DNA of 62,900 bases, counting the filler, from Thraustochytrium aureum (lineage: Eukaryota): the NCBI GenBank assembly GCA_012862495.1. It is 7 parts of 4 records of this genome, joined end to end, with 100 filler letters (N's around TTAATTAATTAA, not from the genome) between each part and the next. Parts side by side here need not be neighbours in the genome. Positions count along the whole stretch, not along the records: positions 1 to 26,012 come from BLSG01000310.1; 6 more parts are not named here. The stretch is one strand, 5' to 3'. Under the pieces are notes generated by a model that was given only the letters and a program-made list of their open reading frames with translations, made no database searches and was not told the origin of the DNA. The position numbers and the translations under genes were made by a program. The stretch's first letter is position 1. Each line of letters begins with the position of its first letter. Positions 1 through 10,906 of this stretch are shown here, in pieces.

Positions 1-1
1 T

Positions 2-2710
2 GACATTGAAGTCTCCGAGGCCGCCCTTGATGCTATCGTTGCGCACTTTGACCAATCCCAGTGCTGGGATTTGGTCGAGTCGCACCACCTCTGCCACGCA
101 ATTGCGAGTCGCGCAGCAGCCGCGAGGCCCGCATCGGGCAGCCCCCCGCACTCGCGCCGGCCGAGCTCGTCGCAAGCTCCGCAAAGTCACGCGAGAACCT
201 CGGACACCGCGCTATATGACCTGTCTAGATCGCACCTCGATGCCAGTTCCGTGGCGGACGGGCCCCGCCCCTTGTCCAGGTCGAGCAGCGTGGCCGACCG
301 CACGTCGACATCCAGGACAAGCAGCGCTGCAAGTGACGCCTCGCAAGCTTCCTCGGTGGCAACGGCGTCCTCAGCGGCAACAGCGTCCTCAGTGGCAACG
401 GCGTCCTCGGCGGCCTCCAGGCAGTCCAGGAACAGGGCTGGCAAAGCACAGCCAAGCCTCGCCGCTCCGCTTTCCGCATCGACGCGCCCGGCGACGCCCT
501 CAAGTGTCGAGGCAAATCCGACAGAACCGCTTCGGATTTCTTCGCCAAGCTCCGCTTCCTACCAGGCGCAAGCCCGCCGCCTTCCAAGTGGCGCCTCGTC
601 CACGTCGGCGGCAGATTCGCCTCTCTATGGCTCAGCACATACTCAGCCGGACTATGAGGCTCGCTCACCGCTCCACTCGTGCCCGCTCGGCTCGCCAGGC
701 GCCATGGGACCAAGCACCGCTGGCTCAACAGCAAAGGGGTCTGTTTTCGCCGTCGCTGGCAGCTCCATGGTCAAGATGTCTGTCCAGCTCAGCACGCTCA
801 AACGCAAGACAAGCGCGAGGCGCCGGAGCGCCCCCGGGAGCGCATCGTCGGCGTCCGGCAGCAAGGAGCTTGCAATGCGGCGGCGCAGGGCGCATCGCAG
901 CAGCGCAGCCGGGCCCTCGCGAGCACGTCGAGTTCCGGCTCGCCGTCTTCAACTTCGAGCGCGTCGTCCTCCGCCCGGTTCGCGTGCGCGGTCTCGAGCC
1001 CCCTTTCGGCGGCGTCCTCGCAAGCGGCGTCTCCGACATCATCCTAGCATCTTCGACGCGGTCGCCCCGCACGTTTGTCGGGGTGCCGCGGCAACGCAGC
1101 GCGCCGCCAAACTGCAAAGCGAAGCCTGCGGCGGGGTCGGAGCTTGCCCCGTCGCCGCTCGCTCGCACGACTGCAACTCCAGGCCCAGACCGCCGTGCCC
1201 TTCGCGCCCAACGGTCCGAAGCCGGCCAGCGCCGCGCGGCCACCCTGACAGCGAGGCGGGTGGCCACAGTCGCTGCCTCGGCTCTCGGCGAGGACGTTCT
1301 AGACTCCGCGCTAGAGAGCTCCGGGGCTACGGCAGCGCGGCCGCTGCGACGGGCGCAGCGAGCAGAGACCACGAGCGAAACCCGCATGCCATCAACACCG
1401 GGGCCAGCTCTTCGTTCCAGGGGCGACCGCGCCGCGCGAGCGCGCCCGAGCAGCCGTCCGAGTACCCGGACGAGACGACCCCGTTCGCGACGCCGCGGGA
1501 CCTCCCTAGCAGCGTGGAAGGTCTCGCCGCCGTGCTGGACGACGACACGAATTGGCAAGGTCAGCTGCGCGTGCTGAGCGCGATAAAGAGCAACCAGCAC
1601 CAGCTCCCACGAGAGTGCCGGATGACGCCCGCAATTATTCACGGTGTCGTCAAGCTCACCTCCAGCTTGCGGTCTGTCCTGGGCAAAAACAGCCTCTTGT
1701 GCCTCCACTTCCTCATCAACGACAACGGGCCGCTCTTTTGGCGCGACCAAAGCCCGACCCTGCTGGACGCCATCGTGGCCGCTCTCGTAAAGCGGTCAAT
1801 TGACGCCAGCGCATTTCTGGCCCAGGAAGCCAAAGCGGCGCTCGAGGCCAGCGTGGACTGCCTGCCAGCCTCAAAGCTCTGCAACGCGATCCTGCACCAC
1901 TGCAACACACACCCCAACGCAAACGCGCGCGCGAGCTCGGCGACGACCCTGCTGGCCATCGTGCAGCGCCACCCGCCTCAGTCGTACGACGTTGGCCGCG
2001 TCGTGCAGTGCGCAAAAGAAAAGCTTTTGCACGACAACACGGTGCCAGCGCGCGCTGCGGCTAAAGGTATTCTCACACAGCTCAACGAGACGCGCAATCT
2101 GGACAAGAAGCAGCAGCTGCACTTGCACCGGATCAAGCTGTCGAGCGCAAGTTCGCCGGCTCAGGGCTGCCGGGCAGACGGTTCCATTTCGTGTGGGCCC
2201 GCCCAGGACAGCGCCGGGAACGCTCGCGGCGGAGGCGCAGGCGGTCCCCAAACGGGCCGCAGCACGACCGGGGCAGCGTTTCCGGCGTCGACGTCGATCG
2301 ACGCGCACCAGCATCTCGTTGAAGGCTTGCGCGCCAAGGACTGGCAGGACCGTCTGGAGGCGCTGGCGAACGTCCAGGTGGCCCTGCTGGACGACTATTG
2401 CCCGCAGCTTTTGGAGCTCGTCGCCGAGGTTGCTAGCGACCCCAACCTCCGCGTCCGGGTGCAGGCCATTCGCGCGGTCCAGGCAGCAGCGCCTACTTAC
2501 GCGCCGCACATTTTGCCCAGCAAGCTCGCCACGATGCTTCTTCCCGTCGCGCGGGCCGCAGCAGAGCGCGTCGCGCAAAAGCAGGTCGCCGCCTGCCTGC
2601 ACGCCTATGCGCGCTCCTCCGCCGTCGCAGAGCCGCTTCGACGGCACTTGCAAACGCTCCCGATCAAGGCGCGCCCCGTTGTCTCGGCAATCGTCGCCGC
2701 AGTTCCATGA
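2..2710 (+). CDS. TOG/HEAT (CLASP_N-like, TOGARAM/FAM179-type) microtubule-associated protein, 5'-truncated
   Basis: The frame is open from position 2. A long Ser-rich disordered N-part precedes HEAT repeats such as 'NWQGQLRVL...VVKLTSSLRSVLGKNSLLCL...FLAQEAKAAL' and 'LRAKDWQDRLEAL...SDPNLRVRVQA'. Between ~920 and ~1420 the protein-like reading appears to move through the other two frames (probable compensating indels). Confidence 0.7.
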   Translation, partial: DIEVSEAALDAIVAHFDQSQCWDLVESHHLCHAIASRAAAARPASGSPPHSRRPSSSQAPQSHARTSDTALYDLSRSHLDASSVADGPRPLSRSSSVADRTSTSRTSSAASDASQASSVATASSAATASSVATASSAASRQSRNRAGKAQPSLAAPLSASTRPATPSSVEANPTEPLRISSPSSASYQAQARRLPSGASSTSAADSPLYGSAHTQPDYEARSPLHSCPLGSPGAMGPSTAGSTAKGSVFAVAGSSMVKMSVQLSTLKRKTSARRRSAPGSASSASGSKELAMRRRRAHRSSAAGPSRARRVPARRLQLRARRPPPGSRARSRAPFRRRPRKRRLRHHPSIFDAVAPHVCRGAAATQRAAKLQSEACGGVGACPVAARSHDCNSRPRPPCPSRPTVRSRPAPRGHPDSEAGGHSRCLGSRRGRSRLRARELRGYGSAAAATGAASRDHERNPHAINTGASSSFQGRPRRASAPEQPSEYPDETTPFATPRDLPSSVEGLAAVLDDDTNWQGQLRVLSAIKSNQHQLPRECRMTPAIIHGVVKLTSSLRSVLGKNSLLCLHFLINDNGPLFWRDQSPTLLDAIVAALVKRSIDASAFLAQEAKAALEASVDCLPASKLCNAILHHCNTHPNANARASSATTLLAIVQRHPPQSYDVGRVVQCAKEKLLHDNTVPARAAAKGILTQLNETRNLDKKQQLHLHRIKLSSASSPAQGCRADGSISCGPAQDSAGNARGGGAGGPQTGRSTTGAAFPASTSIDAHQHLVEGLRAKDWQDRLEALANVQVALLDDYCPQLLELVAEVASDPNLRVRVQAIRAVQAAAPTYAPHILPSKLATMLLPVARAAAERVAQKQVAACLHAYARSSAVAEPLRRHLQTLPIKARPVVSAIVAAVP
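347..418 (+). repeat. 18-bp coding tandem repeat (ASSV/AAT units, ~4 copies)
   Basis: Repeated gcgtcctc(a/g)g(t/c)ggcaac(a/g) units that translate to ASSVATASSAATASSVATASSAA. Confidence 0.7.
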
Positions 2711-2803
2711 GCAAACCATAACCAAAACTCGCTTCGCTTTGCCTTGCACGCCGCTGGCCCGTTGCTTTGCTAGCTACTAGCTAGCTAGCTCGCTATACTC
2801 TAG

Positions 2804-3872
2804 CTAGAGAGAGCGTGATGCGCCCTGCCCCTTTTGGGCGTACGCGTTCTCGACGAGGGCGCGAGCTGCTGCATTGACGTCGCGCCGGAGTATTGCGCGG
2901 TCGCCCTCGCCCAGCGCGGCCATGAGCCGGGCACTCGACTCGTCCGCCTCGAGCTCGGTTAGCACGTCGATCACGATTTCTCGCACAATCGCGCGCGCTG
3001 ATTCGGCGCAAATGCTGCCAATCTTGCTCGTCGCGCTAGCCAGCCGCTGCTCGCTCACCATCGCCAGGGCTTCCCATCGGCACTGGTCAAGTCGGTGGGC
3101 TCTGGCGCGTTGCTCGTTCGCTCAAAGTCTTTGACCTGGTCGTACTGCTTTTCCGCGAATACGCTATTCTTGCGCTTGAACACGGCCCGGTCCCCGCGCG
3201 GTCGCGTGCAGAGCTCTTTGACCACTACACCTTCCGCCAGGTTGCGGGCGTTCTCGGGCAGCGTGGGCGGCGGTAGGCTGAAAAGCCTGCTCGGTACCAG
3301 CGAGTCGAACTCTATGTCGATTGCCAACGCCTCCGGCAGGGTGCAGACCGCGACGATGGGGACCACGAGGAACTTGCAGGCGCGCAGCGTGTCCAAAAGC
3401 TCTGGGCCGAGGCCGAGGAACACTGGCTCGCCCGCCTCGGGTTCCACGCACACGTCAAACACAGCGAAGTCGACGTGCGGTGCGTAGTATACGCCCGTTT
3501 GCACCGGGGAGGCCTTCGTGCCATCAACCGTAGTGCTGCCGGGGTAGACCCCCCCAAACATCTCGCCGAACACGGTGAGGCGACCTAGTCGCCCGACCCC
3601 CGCGCTGTCCTGCAGCTTGCCGAATAGCTCGAGCGCGCTCGGCGCATACCTCTCGAACACGTGGTCTGATCCAAAGAACGCTCCCCTTGCTCGATCACTG
3701 CGCGTCGCTTGGCGCTGCGGACGCGCAGCTGGCCGCTCAGGTCGCTGACCTCGAGCGCAAAGTTGGCGCCGTGGACCTTCTCCATCACCACAAACTTGGC
3801 TGCCTTGCCGAATCGCCGAGTGCCGTCAATGGCCTCGCGCATCTTCTCGTACGGCACGAACTCGCTCGCCAT
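2804..3872 (-). CDS. RNA ligase, Rnl2 family (T4 Rnl2-like), split by two frameshifts (~3680, ~3100)
   Basis: Motifs seen across three consecutive ORFs (3585-3872, 3055-3660, 2804-3061): I EKVHGANF, Ia KRR, III FGEMFGG, IIIa FAVFDV, IV AEGVVVK, V FKRKNSVFAEK. The C-terminal Rnl2 domain reads EQRLASATSKIG...IDVLTE. Confidence 0.88.
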
Positions 3873-5638
3873 CGTCAGCTCGTTTCGTCATTGCCAGGGG
3901 CCTTCATCGGCCAAGCTCGTGTCGTTCTGGGAACTCGCACGTTCAGCAATGTCGAGTTGATTGAAACGAGTCCCTCCCTCGCGAGTCCTCGGGAGTGCGA
4001 GAACATGGCAGGTGTCCGGTCCAAGCGGTCCCACGGCTCGCCGGATGACCGCTCCAGGCGCGCGCTTGGGCGCCGAGCTCGACGGGGGTTTCAGCAAGTT
4101 GCCGGAAGTTGACGGCCGATCGGCAGCGGGTACAGCAGAAGAGTGCGGAAGTGTCAGCGAGGCCGCTGCCATCACCCGTCGACAACGGACCTGATGCGTG
4201 CTGTCCATCGGGGCCGCGGTCCGTTTTCTTTGGAGGACAAGGCGATCAGCCCTCCTCCGTGGCGCGCTGGGCACTCGCCTCGATGGTAGAGAGGCATTGG
4301 ATCACCGGTTGAAACGGCTCGCTTTTTCAATCGCGCCGCCGTCAAGGAGGATCCTCCTTGCTCCCCCATCATCACAACAGAACAGAAACAGCTCGCTTGC
4401 AGGGCAAGCAAGACTCGGGCCTCCCGAGAGTGGATGGAGCCCGCCCGTTGCGCGCCAGACGTTCGGAGCAGCCCTGCCGTTGGGTCCCCAGCAGCAGCCA
4501 GTTTTTTTCGCAGCTCCGCCAACCGCACGGAACCTCAAAAAGTACAGGCCGTCTCGCCACCATCACCGCGTGTCCTCCTTGGCCCAACCCAAGCCGCTCC
4601 CGCAGCTCGCTGCCCGCCTCGCGCCCGCGCAGAATCACCGTCGCATCTCGAGTCCTTCGACCAGCGAAAAAACCGCGCAATTCCTGCCGCTCGAGCAGCC
4701 ACGTCACCTGGGTTCCCCTGTTACGAGGCGCGTCATCCGGGTCGTCGACAGCGCGTCACCCTCACAAAAAGGTCGACCAAAACCAGAACAAAACAGCAAA
4801 AACTTGAATTGGAAAACGCGCGCGAGANNNNNNNNNNNNNNNNNNNNNNNNNNNNNNNNNNNNNNNNNNNNNNNNNNNNNNNNNNNNNNNNNNNNNNNNN
4901 NNNNNNNNNNNNNNNNNNNNNNNNNNNNNNNNNNNNNNNNNNNNNNNNNNNNNNNNNNNNNNNNNNNNNNNNNNNNNNNNNNNNNNNNNNNNNNNNNNNN
5001 NNNNNNNNNNNNNNNNNNNNNNNNNNNNNNNNNNNNNNNNNNNNNNNNNNNNNNNNNNNNNNNNNNNNNNNNNNNNNNNNNNNNNNNNNNNNNNNNNNNN
5101 NNNNNNNNNNNNNNNNNNNNNNNNNNNNNNNNNNNNNNNNNNNNNNNNNNNNNNNNNNNNNNNNNNNNNNNNNNNNNNNNNNNNNNNNNNNNNNNNNNNN
5201 NNNNNNNNNNNNNNNNNNNNNNNNNNNNNNNNNNNNNNNNNNNNNNNNNNNNNNNNNNNNNNNNNNNNNNNNNNNNNNNNNNNNNNNNNNNNNNNNNNNN
5301 NNNNNNNNNNNNNNNNNNNNNNNNNNNNNNNNNNNNNNNNNNNNNNNNNNNNNNNNNNNNNNNNNNNNNNNNNNGCAGGGCAGAGCCGCTCCGCCGCTGC
5401 GCCGCTGCGCCGCTGCGCCGCAGGCAGGGCCCCGGCCGGCCGGGAGAGCGCGCACGAGCGGGGAAATCGCGGCGGCCCCATTTCGCCCCGAGAAAGGAAT
5501 ACCACGTGAGGAAGCAGGAGGGCGAGCGAGTTGCAGTACACTTGCGGGTCGAGGGCGAGGCCGCATCGAGTTTGGCGCGCACGAGGACAAGAAGGACGGG
5601 CTGGCAGTGCCCGAAAGCGGCAGGCACGAGGCCGCTGG

Positions 5639-5667
5639 CGTGCGTGCGTGCGTGCGTGCGTGCGTGC
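5639..5667. repeat. (TGCG)n microsatellite
   Basis: cgtgcgtgcgtgcgtgcgtgcgtgcgtgc, upstream of the DEP-GT start. Confidence 0.85.
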
Positions 5668-5738
5668 TGCGGTTGTTGTTGGTGGTGTTGTGGTTGTTGT
5701 GGCTGCGCGGTGGGGTTGGTTTGCTCGTGTCGGGCGCG

Positions 5739-8700
5739 ATGGAGGACGTGAAGAAGCGCACGACGAGCGCGGAGTGGGCCGGAGCGGACGACTACTCGGA
5801 CTCGTCGTGCACGACCGCGACGCCGAGGAAGGATCTGGTGATCTTTGATAGCGGCCTGGAGAGCAATGAAACTTCGCCGAGGAGCTTGGAAGGACGCCGA
5901 GGCGACGAGGACGAGGGGGAGAGCGAGGAGGACGTGGACGCAAGGGACGATGGATTCGCGAGAAGACGGCAGCAACTGCAGCAACCACAACGCGAAGAAC
6001 CGCATGCTCAAGTCCGGCGCCTGCCAGCGCCCGGGCACAGAGACGCGCGGCGGCGCCTCACTCCCGAGGAGGCCTGTGACTTTGAGGAGGACAGAAGGGA
6101 CGACGCTGACGCCCAGGGGGCGCTCGAACACGTCTGCGACCATCTTCGTGAACGCGTCGCTGCCTTTGAGCAGCGCGTGGACGTCTCGCTGGACTTGAGG
6201 TGCTTTTACGGCTCGGAGGTGGTGAACGCCATGCTACGGGACGAGCAGGCACTGAGCGCGGAAGAGGCCGAGGAGACCGCCCAGGGCCTGCTCGACCGGG
6301 GCCTCATGCGCCCCGTTCACGACGTCGGCGCACAAGGCGGCGCGCCAGAGTTCAAAGCGCTCGCCCTCTACTTCTTCCCAAGCCGGCAGCAGCAGCAGCA
6401 GCAGCGCGCCCGCGGACGCGGCGGAACTGGCCCCAAGCGGCGCAGGTCAGCGGACGACAGGTTCCTGGGCAGCATTCCGCGGCTCGGGGGCCAGCCGGCC
6501 CGCAAGTGGCGGCGAGACCCGGCCGCGTCGCGCCGCCATGGTCGCGACGCGGGGGTCCAGCCGGCCTACTCGCCAGTGAGCGAGCCAGACATGGGCAGCA
6601 CCGCGGCGGCACTGTGGAGCATGGCCAACGCAGAGGAGCTGCTCGCGCCCCCACTCTCCGCGCCGCCCTCGCTGGTNNNNNNNNNNNNNNNNNNNNNNNN
6701 NNNNNNNNNNNNNNNNNNNNNNNNNNNNNNNNNNNNNNNNNNNNNNNNNNNNNNNNNNNNNNNNNNNNNNNNNNNNNNNNNNNNNNNNNNNNNNNNNNNN
6801 NNNNNNNNNNNNNNNNNNNNNNNNNNNNNNNNNNNNNNNNNNNNNNNNNNNNNNNNNNNNNNNNNNNNNNNNNNNNNNNNNNNNNNNNNNNNNNNNNNNN
6901 NNNNNNNNNNNNNNNNNNNNNNNNNNNNNNNNNNNNNNNNNNNNNNNNNNNNNNNNNGGCTCGACGCGCATCTCGCTGCGCGACCTCTCCGCGCAGCCAG
7001 TGCGCGACCTTGTGCTCACCGACCCCGCCACCGACAACGTGTTGACTAGCCGGGAGGACCAGCTCACGCTGCTCCGCGTCGGCGTCGAGCGCGGCTCGCT
7101 CCCGGCGACCTGGCCCCCGCCGCTCCGCAAGCGCCGCGCAGGCTTCGCCAAGCATCTCCTGATGGTGACCCGCGGGACGCGCGGCGACGTGCAACCCTTC
7201 ATCGCGTTGGCGCGCGAGCTGGCCAACTCGTACAACTGGATGATCACCATCTGCACCGAGGCCGGGTACCNCGACTTTGTGTACGAGCACGCCAAGGACC
7301 TCCGCCAAGGCTGCATTCGCTTCCGCGTGTCGGGCGGCGACACGCAAAAGCGCATGCAGGGCCGGCTCGCAAAGTTTGCCATCCAGTGCGACTCGGCCAT
7401 GCTGCAGCACGTCATGCTTGCCCGCTCCGAGTTTGAGTTTTTCCAGAGCGAGCCCGCCGTTTTCCACTGGGCGCGCGAACTGCGACCCGACCTCCTCATG
7501 TTTGGCTTCACGATGGCGCACGTCGCGATGATTGCGTCAGAGGCCCTTCGGATCCCCCTCATCGGGTTTGTGCTGCAGCCGACGGTGATCCCCAGCGCCC
7601 AGTACCCGCCGCTGCACATCACGAACCGGCCCAAGCAGTTTGCCAACTTCCTCATGGCCATGAGCCAGGCCATCAGCAACCACTTTCGCCACACGAGCTT
7701 CACTTCCATCAAGATCCTCCTCGAGAGCAACCCGCTCACGGGCAGGCTCAACGCGATGCGCCGCCGCCGAGGCCTGCGCCCGATCACGTTTTTTCGCACC
7801 GCAATCTGTTCGACGCTCTGCAGACCAATACCTGGATGCAGCTCCAGAACAGCAAGGTGCCGCTCCTCGTCCCTGTCAACAAGCACGCCTTTGGGGGCAA
7901 GCCGCGCGACTGGGCCGCCACCACCGTTTTCACAAACTACATCTTTCTGCGCGGCGGCACCGTGCCGCCCCTCGAGGCCGGCCTCCTCGCCTTTGTGCGG
8001 CGGGCCAAGTCGCGCGGCGCGAAGATCGTCGTCCTCGCCTTCAGCTCCATGCCCATCGACCGCGTCGACATCTTGCGCATCGCCGCCACCCTCATTCGTC
8101 AGTGCGACAAGGAGGTCTGCGTCGTGGCCCTCATCGGCGACAAGGGCGGCGACCCGAGCGCCGACGACGCGCTCGAGCAGGACGTCTACGAGCTGCACAA
8201 GGCAGGCCGCGTCCATATCGACCGCGGGGCGCCGTTCGGGCGGCTCTTTCCGCTCTGCGATGCCATGTAGTCCACGGCGGCCTCGGCACAACTGGCGAGG
8301 CGCTCATGGCGGGCAAGCCAGTCATCATCACGGGCGTCCTCCTCTTTGACCAGCGGTTTTGGGGGCGCCGACTCTATGACATGGGCGTGGGGCCAAACCC
8401 GATCCACATCAACAAGCTGCAACGCTGCTGCGTCCCCATCATCAACAAGGCCCTCGCGGACGGCTCCGAGTGGGCGCGCAACGCGTCCCAGGTTGGCCAG
8501 CGCGTCCTCGAGACGATGCTGGCCGACCCTACTGGCGTGCAGGTCAATGCTAGCGCCGTTGTCGACATGGCCGAGGCGGCGCCAGTTTTTGTGTACGACG
8601 GCCTCAGGGCCGACTACCGCTTTTACGAGAGCCACCGCACCTTTCGCAAGCTGTACACGAGCTCCAAGTCGCTCGCGGCGAGCTCGCATCTGGCGCACCT

Positions 8701-9348
8701 GCGCGACCGCAGCACGCCCAACATAATCGTGCGCGCCGTTGGCGCCTCTTTGAGCACGGCCTGGCAGCTTGTGCATTGGTCTGCGTTTGTGGGGCTCTCT
8801 CGCGGTCGCCAAGTCGCGCGAGCTCTTCGTCTGAGCCCTCTTACGTGGCAGGTGCCGCGTGAAATCGCGCGAGCTCTTCGTCTGGCCCTCNNNNNNNNNN
8901 NNNNNNNNNNNNNNNNNNNNNNNNNNNNNNNNNNNNNNNNNNNNNNNNNNNNNNNNNNNNNNNNNNNNNNNNNNNNNNNNNNNNNNNNNNNNNNNNNNNN
9001 NNNNNNNNNNNNNNNNNNNNNNNNNNNNNNNNNNNNNNNNNNNNNNNNNNNNNNNNNNNNNNNNNNNNNNNNNNNNNNNNNNNNNNNNNNNNNNNNNNNN
9101 NNNNNNNNNNNNNNNNNNNNNNNNNNNNNNNNNNNNNNNNNNNNNNNNNNNNNNNNNNNNNNNNNNNNNNNNNNNNNNNNNNNNNNNNNNNNNNNNNNNN
9201 NNNNNNNNNNNNNNNNNNNNNNNNNNNNNNNNGTGCGTGGCGGGCGCCGCGTGAAATCGCGCGAGCTCCTCGTCTGGGCCCTCGTGCGTGGCAGGCGCCG
9301 CGTGAAATCGCGCTCGCCAAGTTTTTGACTTCCCAAAAGGTTCTGTAG
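5739..9348 (+). CDS. DEP domain + GT1/GT28-type (sterol 3-beta-glucosyltransferase-like) glycosyltransferase; gapped and frameshifted
   Basis: ATG at 5739. DEP-like 'CFYGSEVVNAML...EAEETAQGLLDRGLMRPV...F..LALYFF'. GT28 N motif 'LMVTRGTRGDVQPFIALARELA'. UDP-sugar motif 'HGGLGTTGEALMAGKP...FDQRFWGRRL...GVGPNPI'. Frameshifts near 7800 and 8265; gaps at 6677-6957 and 8891-9232. Stop TAG 9346-9348 inferred from the frame of the terminal repeat. Confidence 0.75.
8810..9314 (+). repeat. 51-bp tandem repeat (17 aa, ~AWQAPREIARA[LP]RL[GS]P[RL]) spanning an assembly gap
   Basis: The unit gtgcgtggcaggcgccgcgtgaaatcgcgcgagctc(c/t)tcgtctgggccctc is seen on both sides of the 8891-9232 gap. Confidence 0.8.
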
Positions 9349-9554
9349 TTCTCTTTTTCTCTACATACCGACAACCCGCGGCATGCTGCAGCGCGGCAAG
9401 GGGCGACCGAGGCACGAGCTGCACGCACGAGCTGCTCGCCGATCGCCTCCGCCCAGCGTGCGCCAGAGCAGCCTAGGCCAACCCAACCTCGCCGTGCTTG
9501 CAATGCCGCGCTTGCAATGTTGCTCCTATCCGCCAGGCCGGGCACCCCTAGCAC

Positions 9555-10906
9555 TCACGCCGCGCTCAAGCTGCCGCTGGCGGAAGCCGCTCCCTCGACG
9601 GCGCGCTTCTGGGTGTGGTGCGGGGCCGCGGCTTCGAAAAGCTGGCGGCAAAAGTGCTGGCCAGTTGTCAGGTCCTTGAGCGTGCCTTCTTCGCGCAAAC
9701 GGACCACAAACTTGCGGAACGAAGCAAAGTCGAGGCTCTCGTCCTCGTTTGGGAACGAAACCTTGACCTGGTTAAGGAGGAGGCCGACGTTTGTCGACCC
9801 AAGAAGCGGCGCGTTGTCAGAGATCATGCTAATCACCTGGTCGACGCCGACGCGGCCGTTCTCATCAGAGTCCAAAATCTCAAACATCTCGCGCATGTCG
9901 TTCTCCTCGGGGTCGAGGAAGAGCAGCGGGACCATCCCAAGGAGGCAGCCGATCGTGATCCCCACGGACGTGGCGATAAACTGCAGGATGCGCACCTGGC
10001 GCGTGTTCATTTGCTGCAGGGAGAGCTTGGGATCCTTCAGGCCGAGCCGCTTGGACGAGGCCTCAATGTACCCGCCCAGCCCGAGGCCAGCGACGTCGGA
10101 GATGAGGTTGCCGAGGCCTGCGGCTGCCAAGGTCGAGATGCCCAGCACGCGCCCGATGGAGGTGTCGATCATGTCACCCGCGACGAGCATGATCTGAGCG
10201 CGCACCCGCTCGTCAGCAGCAAGCTCCGCTGCGCTCGAGCGCAACAAGGCAGACTGGGGGCACTTACCGCGTTGTCGACAAAGCCAAACCCGATGAACGG
10301 AATCCCGCTTAGCAGGGCGAGCTGCCAGAGCTGCAGCCTCGTGGGCGGGCGCGACTTTGGCGCCGTGTTCTCCTGCATCTTGAGCAGGTTTTCGAGAAAC
10401 TCGTCCAGCTCCTCGCTGCTCACGTGGCCGTCGTGGTTGGCGTCGATACGTTCCTTGATGTCCTGGCCCATAGAGATGGAGATCTCCCGGATCATGATCT
10501 TGCGCCGGTGTCGGCTCGCCAGGTAGTCGCTGTACGTGACGCCGGTCTTGGCCTCCTGGTCAAGGATCGCGTTTGCCATACGGATCTGGCTGTCCTTGCT
10601 CAGCATCTCTGAGAGCGCCAACGTCAAGTCCGGGTTGTGGTCAAGCGTCTTCGCAAGCCGCGTCACATACTCGCGCTCCCTCGTGCTCATGCGGCTCGAG
10701 TCAAAGTGCACTTCGCGCCTGCTCACAACGCACCCAACGCCACCCCATCCCGCGGCCTTGCTCGAGCCTGCCTCGTTGGCTCGCCGAACGCCTGCGCCGA
10801 GCGGCTTGGTCGGCGCCACGCTCGGCCTCCAGCTCGCGCCGCGCCACGCCACGCCCGCCCGTCCTGCGCGCGCTTGTGGCAGGCCGCCGCAAGCGCGGGC
10901 AAGCAT
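9555..10906 (-). CDS. TMEM65: TMEM65-family mitochondrial membrane protein with EF-hands; 2 exons (10906-10268, 10193-9555)
   Basis: TMEM65 signature 'GIPFIGFGFVDNA|IMLVAGDMID...GISTLAAAGLGNLISDVAGLG...GITIGCLLGMVPL'. A GT-AG intron at 10267-10194 (GTAAGT donor, GCTGAC branch, CAG acceptor) restores the frame. Arg-rich transit-like N-terminus. EF loops DANHDGHVSSEE and DSDENGRVGVDQ. Confidence 0.85.

Noticed and set aside
8810..9314. 51-bp repeats with palindromes as a CRISPR array
   Set aside because: The units are head-to-tail with no unique spacers, there are no cas genes, and the context is eukaryotic and coding.
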